DNA from: Adineta vaga
Taxonomy: Eukaryota > Animalia > Rotifera
Assembly (NCBI GenBank): GCA_021613535.1
Contig: CP075495.1
Span: forward strand, 496,001-560,000
Direction of reading: 5' to 3'
Length of the DNA stretch: 64,000 bases
In this document: positions 48,452 to 60,275 of the stretch, one piece after another
How the letters are laid out: each line of letters starts with the position of its first letter
Numbering within the stretch: position 1 is the stretch's first letter
Position numbers and translations under genes: made by a program
The notes under the pieces: generated by a model
Databases searched by the model: none
The model's input: only the letters and a program-made list of their open reading frames with translations
Told to the model about the DNA's origin: nothing

Positions 48452-50169
48452 TTATGCATAAACATGTCCTTCAATATATTTCAATAAAGCTAATTCACCA
48501 GCTAATGTTTCTTGACCAGTTGGAATAATTTGATCTTCTGGTAACAGAAATCCATATTTACCTAAGAACAAATCATCAAAGAAAATGTTCATGGGCGATT
48601 AAAAATAGTGGATATTACCTGTATCTCGAAGTTCTACACCATAACTAAATGTTATATTAACTTTACCATAAGTCCAATCAGCACTACTACCCGATGCAAC
48701 ATAAATAATTGAAGCAATATTACCATGAATATATTTTGTACCTGAAAGAAAAAGAATTTTCTCACAAAAATCTTTACATATCCAAACTGACCATAAACAG
48801 CAGCAAGTGCTTGAACAGCCACAGCAGATCCATCATCTTGTAATTTAAAATGAACTGGTTTTGCTGTTGTATAACCTATAATCAAGTATATATATATATA
48901 TATGATAAATTCGAGATCATATCAGACAACAAGAATTTACCCCATGGCGACATCCAAAATTGTGAATAAGAATGAAAGTTAATATAATGAATAATTGTAT
49001 CAGCATGTTCCTGAATAAATTTAGCAACTTGTGCTGTTTCAACTTCTGAAAATGCTTTACTACCACAATAAGTATCATCACATGGATCACTCGAAGCACC
49101 ACCTATATATTGAAGGATTTTATAAGTAAGAATAAGGAGAGGATGAAAATTAATATACTTTCACACCAATGATAATCCCAATTTCGATTTGGATCAGCTC
49201 CGAAACAATTAGGTTTTGATGTTTTACTTCGAGTTTTTCGCCATAATCGATCTAGAAAGAAAAAGAAAAGATTTTTAATGCAATATTCTTTCTTATATTC
49301 TCTCATTAACCTTTCGTCCATGTATATACATAACCATCGACATTGAATACAGGTAAAATATAATAATCAAATTGATCAATTAAATGAGTAATCGTTGGAT
49401 CTTTATTATAATTTGATAAAAATGCATAAGCAATATAAATATTAGTTGCTGGACTAATCCATTCTCGTGAATGAATACCTAAAAATCAAAATAAACTTTT
49501 CGAATAATTTTCAAATTCATTTCATATACCTCCATCCCACCAAACAGCTTTTTTCTGATTGATTGCAGTTCCATCTTGTTTAGTAGCGAATTTATTTGAT
49601 GATATTTTCAAACCTTTCAATGGACGATTTTCATATGATTGTCCAACGATAAATGATGTTGCTAATGATGGATATGTTGCCACCATTGTATCAATCCATG
49701 CATGAATTTCATCAAGTGTATGATATTTATCATATTCAAAATCATTCACCTGCATTTTTGATGATTGTGATCGATGAATTAATTTTTGTCCTTGAATTAT
49801 CGCACCAATATCTTTCATGATCACATCGTATTGCATTTTCATTACATCTGATGATAAATATGCATTAAAACTTTGAAGAGATTTAGGTGCAATACTAACA
49901 TCAATCTAAATCAATAAAATGAATCAATCAATGAAATAAAACAATCGAAAATTTACTGGAATATTAGTTCGAATATCTTCAGACCAAAAGTTAATGTTTT
50001 GTTCATTTGTTTTACGACGAAAATCAACTAATTGTTTCACTTGTTCATCATTTGTAATATTCAAACGCCATAATTGATATTGAGAATAGGATTTATAAGC
50101 ATTAACATTGATATTAAGAGTTGTTAAAAGAACGAAACTAACAACAATTGCCCAAAGCAACATTGTCAT
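48452..50169 (-). CDS. Zinc carboxypeptidase A/B (M14A) with propeptide, multi-exon
   Basis: Signal peptide, YQLWRL prodomain, [44 protein letters not shown]. Confidence 0.93.
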
Positions 50170-51239
50170 ATCTTTTAAAACACGAACTATAACCACCTAT
50201 ATAAATATAAATATAATAAAAGTTATCAGAATCTAAATAGATATACGCTTTTCTTTCACTTCATAGATAAATAAGACTAAATGATGATGAAGGACAAAAA
50301 AAAGCTCTTGGTCATCATGACAAATTAATCATTAGAAAAAAAACCATACGTAAATATGATCTGCAAAAAATCAAAGCATCGAATAAATTTACTTTTTTTC
50401 TATTTTATTTGATGAATATTTCATTGAAGTAAACACAGCATTCATTTTTTTGTTGCGATAAATTTCTGTGTAGTTTCGTTAAGAAGAAAGAAAAGGTTTG
50501 GCAACAGTGAGATGGAATTTACAAGAATAATCTTTGTATGAGAATCATCGTTCTAAATGATGTTTTAATTGAGGGTGGGTGTGGGTGTAATAGAGAAATA
50601 ATTAAACCCACACCCAAAGCCTAGCATTAGCAATAGATGAGTGTAGACGTTTACTTTACTGAATCAATTCATCAGATAATTTCACTATATAAAACCTGCT
50701 TAAAGATCCGATTCAATGACAAATGAATCGTTCATGTTTACAATTTCGAAGATGTGAGTGACGATATGTGACGTCGCTTCGATAACATAAAGTATTAAAG
50801 AAAATACGTGATGTATTCGAACAATATTAATGACTTATGTAGAGAAAAAACCAAGCAGGAGAAAAAGAATACCCAACCAATAGGACGATGCTGCGTATAT
50901 GTGAGGTAAGGAATTATATATAATCACTCAGTAAGAATATTTTCTCCTTTTTCTTATGAATTTTTTCCAAAAGCCAGACAAGTCAATATTGACCAGGATG
51001 TCAATGCAAGAAAAACTGCGTCAAAAGAATAGAAGAAAGATTATATTTCATATATAAATTACCAATCCTATTGACATATTATCAGTTTCCATGTAACACA
51101 GAACACAACAAAATATCTCAGACAGTTCCATCGTCAGTTCACATTGAAAATTAATATATCACAGTGAGAAGTTTTGTGAATAATCTATATTTTATTTCAA
51201 GACACAACAACAAAGTACTTGTGGAAAATACTGAACCAA

Positions 51240-51542
51240 ATGGATCAAGAAAAACCAAAAGGTAAATTTCTTTTTTTCGTCATCATATTTAAGAAGGGAA
51301 CGATAGATTTCAAAACTTTGACACTCCAAGAATTGCTTTTACCTTATGCGTGTTTTTATTTTTGTATAGAACAAGGCAAAGATGGTTCATATCTTCGTAG
51401 TCTATTAGCCGGTGGAGCTATTGGCGCAACAACAGGTGCTACTGTTGGCTTAATTGGTGGTCCTATTGGCTCTTTCGCTGGAGGCTTTTTCGGTGCATTC
51501 ACCGGAATTATAGTTGCTGGTGTGAAAGGAATGAAGAATTGA
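51240..51542 (+). CDS. Small glycine-zipper membrane-associated protein, 2 exons
   Basis: MDQEKPK|EQGKDGSYLRSLLAGGAIGATTGATVGLIGGPIGSFAGGFFGAFTGIIVAGVKGMKN with a GxxxGxxxG ladder; GT-AG intron 51262-51369. Confidence 0.8.
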   Translation: MDQEKPKGKFLFFVIIFKKGTIDFKTLTLQELLLPYACFYFCIEQGKDGSYLRSLLAGGAIGATTGATVGLIGGPIGSFAGGFFGAFTGIIVAGVKGMKN

Positions 51543-51737
51543 AAATAATCTTCTATTTTTTTATGTCTATTTTGAACTTCGAGTTCTTGTTTTACTTAAT
51601 CAAGAATGAAAGAAGATGTTAAGAAGTGTGTAACCGACATATATACTCTTATTCTCTAATCATACCAACACCATCAAGTTTGTTAATATAATTCGAAATC
51701 AATAAATTTTCTGAAATAAAAAAACAAAAAAAATTGA

Positions 51738-54700
51738 TTAGTCTATTTTGCTTCGTTTTGTCGTCAATCTTAATAATGAACAAATTGTACCAATAGGAAA
51801 ATTTAACCATTCTTTTTTTCCAATACAATTTCTATTTGATAATTCATCATCAGGAAGACGTTCTTTACAACTTGCACTTTTATTAATCACATCAATTAAA
51901 GCAATTGCCATACCTTGTGAAATAATAATTATAATTAATTGTATAAAACTTAAATGAACTGGTTGATGATAATCAAAAATAATTGCAAATGGTGTAATAT
52001 GAAACCAATGAGCATGTTCAAGATCATATAATGTAAAAATGAAATTAAATATAATTCCAACAATAATATAAATTAATATTGATAAATAATAAGCTCTTGT
52101 TCCTTGATTTTCTCTTACTGTTGCTAAATATTCCACATTTTTCGATTTATATAATAATAAATATCGTCGTATTGTAGTCCATGTATTTAATAGAAAAACA
52201 ATAATTGAAACACATGATAAACATATTAAATATAATTTTTGTATAATTTTCATATATTCAAATGATATTGTTAAAGAAAAAAGAGTAGTTAAATCCGTAA
52301 TAACAATCATCCAACTAAACCAATCAATTCCTTGTATTAAAATTGTTGTTAATAAACGTAAAATACTAATAAAATAACTTATTCTTTTATTTGCTCCATA
52401 AGCATGATTAATTGTAACACCAATATCAATCATTCTTGAATCATGTACAACTAAAATATTTCCTGTTATCATTGTTGTATATGCAGCACGTGTATATAAT
52501 AATATTCTATCATATGGTTGTTCAATTTTAACTAAAGTTTTAAAAATCCAAACAGATTTTTGTATTGGTTCAATTAAAAACATAATTGGAGCAATAATTA
52601 ACATTCGAATAAATATTAATCTTATACCAAATAAAAATCCTAAAAGATAATTTTTCCATGTAATATAATTATTAATTTGACTTTTTTTAATATAAGAATA
52701 TTCTTTATGATATTTATAAGTTTTAACAATATTAAATCGAGTTATTTTCCAATCAAATATATAACGTATTATATCAGGAATATTATCAAATAAACCACGA
52801 AAATGACTATAAGATATTTGATTATAACAATCAAGAACAAGTTTATTAACTGATGATGTAAATTGTTTAATAATTGAACAATTTTTTGGTTTAATATATG
52901 ATAAATTATTAAATTGATGATTTATACCAAATATTTTTAAATCTTCAATTAATAAATTTTGTATTTTAAATTCATAATTTAATATTTGAATTTGATTCCA
53001 TGAATAATTTTTATATTGATATAATTCTGATGATTGATCTAATGTTAATTGACGAGATTTCCAAAACTTTTCTAATTGATTTCTAGTTGGAAATATTCCT
53101 AATGCAAAATATTCACTTAATTTAGCACGATCATTTGCATTCATTTCATTAAATGGATATTTATATTTACGCATAGATAATAAATAATTTTCAACTAAAA
53201 TTCCTAAATGTTTTATTTGTTTATCATTATTAAAACCCATTCTATTCCATTGATGTTTACCTAAATCTAATAATGTATTTAATAAACGATATAAATATTT
53301 ACTACTACGATAAATTGTTCGTCCTGATTGAACTTGTTTTAATGAATAATTTTTAATATATTTTAAAAAATTTCCATATTGTTCATTAATTGATTGATAT
53401 AATTGATTATTTGTTAAAAGATTTGTACGTAAAGTTTTATCTTGAACATAAGAAACATCAACATAATTATTATATTGTTCAACATTAACATAATATAATG
53501 AACCTTCAGCAACACAAGCATCATTAGCAAAATAAATTGCTTTAGAAAATTTATGTCGCATTGAAACAGTAAGTGTATCAATATATAACATTTCATTTGG
53601 TGGTATTTGAAGTATTGGATGAAAAAATGAATTTTCATAACGATCTTTTCTTTCTCGAATTTCACGTTCAAGATGACGAGCTTGTCGAAGATATGAAATA
53701 AATAAAATATTACTTTGTTCCATTAAAATTGGTCTCATTTCTTCATGAATTTTATTCCATAAAATTTCAAATTTTGTTGAATCATATCGAGTTATTTTCA
53801 TTATTGAAATAAGATTTGTTATTTCATTTAATGCACAAAGAATTAATTCATTTGTTGGACTTATTTGTGTCAATAATTTTTTCGTATATTTCCAATAAGT
53901 TTTATCAGCATGAGAAAAAAATTCATTTAAAAATGGATCACAATCCATTGTTGTTCTTCTATCAATATAATCATGCCATTCTTTTCCTGTCATTGATTTT
54001 CGTAATTTAATTAATGACATTTGATTTTGTTTATAATCATTTACTTCAGTAAAGAAATACGAAGGATAATCACAACGTATAGTTATAAATATACCTAAAC
54101 CAGTTCCATTAATATTAAATTTTGGTTCAATAGTATTCATATGTCTTGGATATAAATTTGTATCAAATACAATACCAGATGGTAAAGACCAATGTTGAGA
54201 AAAGAATTCATTAAATATAACACATGCATCAATATCAGTATCACTACCATCAGTTGAACCTATACGAATATCATAATCAGATTCAGGATCTTTACTACCA
54301 GAATCATTTTGTATAATTAATTTATAAGGAAATAAATCCATTAATTGTTCTAATAAATTATTAATATACATTTCACGATACCAACAAAGTTTTAACATAA
54401 ATTTTGTTGTATCATTTGGTGTTAATTGTTTGACAATATCTATTATATAACGAGAGATATCATTACAAATAATATCAGAATGTGAATCATCAGCAAAGAG
54501 TTCAACAAGATTATCCCAATCTCTGATTTGATCAATAATTTGACTACATGAATATTTACTTGTAAATAGAAGATTATTATGATCATCCAAAAGAATAATT
54601 GAATCATTTTCAATCATTGGAATACGAAGTTTAATTAAGGTTTTTTGAAATAAATTCGATTCTAAACTTCGTATTTTATCACTTTTTCTCGATGTATATT

Positions 54701-55135
54701 CAGTGTTTATCATACGATCGATATTTAATGTAATAACATTATCTTTTATTTTATCTTGTGTTAACCAATCAACAAGAACAAGACGATTTTTAGATTTTGA
54801 TAATTGTTGATGAATATTCTGAGATGAAAGTAAACAACAAACACTACCTGTCATTTCAATTGACATACTTCCAATTGCCTTGAATGAACAATGAATAAAA
54901 ATAATACAAAGAAGTTTTGTCAATTCTAATTACTTACCGTTGTTAGTTTATTTTCTGTATATAGACAAACAATATCTCCTGATGAAAGATTGTAATTTTC
55001 TAAAATAAACATGGCGATGTGTTGTGCATGATAAATTAGTTCATTAGAAGTAAGAGATTGTTCATTAAATTCCACTGTTATTTGTTGAGGATGATTATTA
55101 ATATAATCCATTGCTTCACCTTTAATTACGACCAT
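51738..55135 (-). CDS. ~1112-aa fusion: degenerate NRPS adenylation-domain N-terminus + putative nucleotidyltransferase domain + multi-pass TM domain
   Basis: Exon 1 55135-54938, 59-nt GT-AG intron, exon 2 54878-51738. HPQQITVEFNEQSLTSNEL...GDIVCLYTENKLTT|AIGSMSIEMTGSVCCLLS; SGSKDPESDYDIRI...FDTNLY; ~6 hydrophobic helices in the last ~300 aa. Confidence 0.8.
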
Positions 55136-55688
55136 GTGTAAAACGATTGATAGGATATTTTATTAAATAATAATGTAATTATATATCGATCGTAAAATAA
55201 TATCACATGTGCACGTAAATTCAAATATAAGAATCAATATAATGTTATCAAAAAGGGCGTTACACGTCGTCATACGTATATTTTTTCTTCCTCTCTGTTT
55301 TTTTATCACGCATCGTTGACGTTTTATCGTCTTTTCTATACATCAATGACGTCAACTTTGAAAGTTCAACTTTATAATGAAAGCGATATAGAACGAGCGA
55401 GACGGATCGTCGTTCTTAAAAATTTATTTTCTTTATAATAACAAGTTCGTGTTATTTTCTATACTTCGTTGCTGATGAATAATTTTCATTGGTTAAGCAG
55501 AATCATCTGAATATGTTAATATAAAATAAGTCCATACAATCACCATATGTTTTTTAATACAATGTTGTGATTTTCGTTGTGCGAGGAAAATAAAAAGAAA
55601 CGATTGTAATACAATTTTATTGATATCAAAAATAACAGAGTAGAAAGAGAAAAATTAACAAGTTTTTTCATTCATTTTATAAAAGGTT

Positions 55689-57293
55689 ATGGATTTGATT
55701 ACATTTCTAATTCTTATCATTTCTCTTCTATTTCTAAAAGGTTAGTAAACTATAATTATCTCATTGCTTTGATTATCAATATCTTATTTCGAGATCAAAC
55801 CATCGCATCATCTAATTATTTATGTCATGAAAATAATATTGATGTTGAATTTTCATTGTCAACATCAGATCATTCTGCATCGAATTCAACATCAACTTGT
55901 TCTTTACAACAATGTAATGTAACTTCAACTGATTATCAAACTTGTTCTTTATCACCAACACCTTGTTTTAATTATCGTACAATAAACAATGTTAGTTATT
56001 GTGCTCCTGCTATTCAATGTTCAATTTTGAAATTATGTGATAATACGACATATAGTTGTGTATCAAATAGTTCAATATGTGTTGTTAATTCATGTTGTTC
56101 AACATCAACTGTATGTTTACCTGAGATGGTTACGAACTTCTGTCTACGAGGTAAGAATTAATATTTATTTAGTTTAGGATGGATGGTTGTGATTATCAGC
56201 TGAGAATATATATTGCTTACGTTCATCCTTAATTTTTAACGTTTCCAAAAAGGATAGGTTACTAATCAAAATCAGCAATGATTCAAATTATTTTATTTTG
56301 AATTGTATTTAGAAAAGAATCTTTGTTTTTTTAGGATGGACACTAACTGGAAATATGAATGTTGAACGATATGCTCATACAGCATCCGTATTATCGAATG
56401 GAAACGTATTAGTTACTGGTGGATATAATGGTAGTGTCTTTCTCACAAGTGCTGAATTGTATGATCCAACGACGGGTATTTGGACAATAACAGGAGATAT
56501 GAATGTTGAACGATATGCTCATACAGCATCCGTATTATCGAATGGAAAAGTGTTGGTTACTGGTGGTATTTATCTCAGAAGTGCTGAAATATATGATCCG
56601 TTGACAGGTATTTGGACAATAACAGGAGATATGAATGTTGAACGATATGCTCATACAGCATCCGTATTATCGAATGGAAAAGTATTAGTTACTGGTGGAT
56701 ATAATGGTAGTGTCTTTCTCACAAGTGCTGAAATATATGATTCGTCGACAGGTATTTGGACAATAACAGGAGATATGAATGTTGAACGATATGCTCATAC
56801 AGCATCCGTATTATCGAATGGAAACGTATTAGTTACTGGTGGATATAATGGCAGTGTCTTTCTCACAAGTGCTGAAATATATGATTCGTCGACAGGTATT
56901 TGGACAATAACAGGAGATATGAATGTTGAACGATATGCTCATACAGCATCCGTATTATCGAATGGAAAAGTGTTGGTTACTGGTGGTATTTATCTCAGAA
57001 GTGCTGAAATATATGATTCGTCGACAGGTATTTGGACAATAACAGGAGATATGAATGTTGAACGATATGCTCATACAGCATCCGTATTATCGAATGGAAA
57101 AGTGTTGGTTACTGGTGGTATTTATCTCAGAAGTGCTGAAATATATGATTCGTCGACGGGTATTTGGACAATAACAGGAGATATGAATGTTGAACGATAT
57201 GCTCATACAGCATCCGTATTATCGAATGGAAAAGTATTAGTTACTGGTGGACAATATGGTAGTGCTATTCTCACAAGTGTTGAATTATATTGA
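55689..57293 (+). CDS. Secreted Kelch-repeat protein with Cys-rich N-terminal domain, 3 exons
   Basis: Signal exon 55689-55740, Cys-rich exon ~55793-56150, exon ~56336-57293 with 7 Kelch repeats (MNVERYAHTASVLSNG.VLVTGG...SAE.YD..TG.W). Confidence 0.9.
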
Positions 57294-57806
57294 TTCATAT
57301 TGATTTGGACGTTATTTGTCTTGGAGACTGAAATATAGAATTTAATCTTGTGATAGTCGATTCATTGAGTAGTGAAAATTTCTATAAAATCTCTTTAATT
57401 AAATAAAAATATAAATCACATTAATTAGGATGAAAAAATCGATTGTCTTTTTATTGAATTGTTTTATTATTAACTTTACCAAAAATAACAATAATCAACA
57501 TCTAATGTTATTTGATTTTCTACTCAATATGAGCAGCTGTTGCCCAAGAAATATTATCGAAAAGAAGAAAAAAGAACGTATTGATAGATAATAAAAGTTT
57601 AGTTTTGCGATTTTCTTACTGAAAACATCAATAAAGATTTGTCATCATTTCGTTTTACTAGTCCCTAATAAACTATAGGATAATCAGATTTGTAAGATTT
57701 AAATATATATTTGTATTATTATTGAAAGCAAGAAAAGAAAAAGAAATAAGATGAATTCTCACACTACAATTCTAATTTTCATTTAGTTCAGAATCAATTT
57801 CGTTTT

Positions 57807-59464
57807 CTAAGCATGAAGTTTAATTTTCAACATCATCACTGAATGAGGATCAATATTTGGCGATGTAAAGTTATTACGAGAGAGTCCGAGTATCTGTTGT
57901 TTCCATACATCTTCAACAAGAGCTGAATCATGAATAGAAAATCCAATATCACTCCATTGAACAGTAACAGGTTCACTTGTACTATTCCGTCGATTTAATA
58001 AAACAACAGCTACTGACCCATCATCAAGAGCACCTACCCATACTTCTAATTCCAGTACTTGTGTTAAAAATCCACCATTCTGTTTATTCTGAAATGTCAA
58101 CTATAGAATTCTATGTACGTTGTTGACCGTCACTTTTGTTACATGTATAAACATCTACAGCCGGTCCTGCTGAACGAAATGTCTGCAAATAATACATCAT
58201 GTTGAACTTTACCATTTTTCATTCATTTGGGAAACAATTGGTTGATCAGCTGTATTGACGATCCATTGTCGATTTTGCCTTGACATTTTGCTTGTGAATC
58301 GTTAATATGACAATCAGCCACGACGATGTTCGCTCCGTCAGTGGTATCACAATTTTCAATGGACAAACATCTTCCATCTGGAACTGATCGAATCGATCCA
58401 TCTTCAGGATTATATTTCCATTGAAGACGTTTTGGTTGAATATTCGACGAAGATGATGAACAATTAGTAAGACCAACAATCGTTGATCTATTCAATGATT
58501 GTGACCATGCAAAGGCAACCTTCTTTCATTTAATACCTAATACATCCTAATTGATGGCAATGACTTCAGAATTCGTAAGAGTTGCTAGAGTAGCTGCAAT
58601 CATATCACTAATGTCACATCCAATGATCAGTGGTGTTTTGCTAATAGCCCAAAGAGAAAATGTGTGACATATTTAGCATCAGTCATACCATCATTACCCA
58701 CTTCGAGCACTAAAGATAAACAAAGATACATTTACAAAACCTTCGTATTATGATCTTATACAGCATCAATGTTATTAAACATTGATTTCCAATTATCTTG
58801 AATATCATCTGTTGCCCAACGAGCTGGTTGATCGACAACCCACCCTCAAGTATCATACCACATATAATCAATCAAAATAATTGAGAGACGTTTTCCTGAA
58901 CATACCACATATGGAATAGAAAATCTGTCTTCCAGTGGCATTTAATGCATCTCTCATCAGTGGATATCTTACATAGGGAGTAGTTCCATCTGTATTACAA
59001 TTGTCATGTTTTAGAATCCCGCATCTTTTAGTATAAATTTCAACTAAATAGATAGAAAGAATTCATCGCTATACCTGAATAGAACCCAAATTTAAGTTTT
59101 CTTCAGTGCACATAGTCAGCAAATGATGCAATACAACTTGGAAAAGCTTTTGAATCTGCTTAAATAGTACCATTCGCATCAGAATAATGAAGCAGAGATG
59201 ATATCGATATTATTAAGAGAACAAACCAAATTCGAAACCAACGGCAGCAAGACCTGTTGATACCATTAAATCTGCTGTTTTTTCAATAAGTTTTTGATTG
59301 ATATGACATCTAAAATGATTCCAACCTTTAAGAGAAGAACTGTTTAACTCTTTCTCTCTATTAGCACGTTATATACCCATCTGAGGTGTTAGACTGAGAC
59401 CATTATTAAGTTGATATGAAGTATGAATATAAATAATCACGAACAATAGTTTCAAAACTATCAT
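57807..59464 (-). pseudogene. Alpha-galactosidase (GH27) + ricin-B/CBM13 lectin gene, disrupted
   Basis: [64 protein letters not shown] (stop), QxW ricin repeats, EVW.G.L.DGSVAVVLLNR; internal deletions and frameshifts. Confidence 0.85.
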
Positions 59465-60275
59465 TTTGTTTTGTCATACGTTCTCAATATAAAAATGAAT
59501 TGTTAACGAAAGAATCTGATTCATTTATTCCTAATTTTATTGATGACTACATCGATGCATGCGGAGTAAAATGGTATTCTATGCCTTTGTCAAATATTAA
59601 TGACTAAGCAAAGAATAGAATATGTGTGAACAATATATGTCCTCGTTTTATAATCGCACACACACAAACCAATATTCTACTTATAACCAAAAGATGAACT
59701 TGGGGGATGCTTCGAAAGATTATTTCTCTATTTTCAGTATTTTCTATAACAAAATCAAACGTTTGATGCAAATGTATTTTAAATATACAATAACAAATAC
59801 GTAAGTATCGAACAAAATAATGTATTTTAGTAGTGAGCGATAATTATAAGTTTGTTTTATACGTCGTAAAATACTACGTGCACACTATAGTCGTACGTAG
59901 ATTGCTTTTCGTTACTAATTTTTTTATTTTACTTTAACCTTTTTTCTACTATGACTGAAACGATATTATTATATCGAAAATATGACACAACATTATCGAT
60001 CCAACGAGAACAAACGATTTTGTCATGCATAATGAATATCCTTTCTTTTGACGTTGTTTATTTGACATGAAAATATTTAGTCATAGGAGAAAATGTTTAA
60101 AAAAAGAAAAGGTGAGTATTTATATAAACAAATAGAACGAAGTTGTTTTTTCTTTATTTTTACACTATGAACAGTAAACCTATAGAGTCGATTAAAAGAA
60201 TTTCAACTGTTTTTGTCACATTTTAAATTTTTTTTACTTGTCTTATCTATACATCGATTTCTTAAAAACATATTC

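Noticed and set aside
58836-58850. acccaccctcaag resembling the telomere-like motif
   Set aside because: Falls at the splice acceptor and EWGVDQP codons of the GH27 pseudogene; explained by coding sequence
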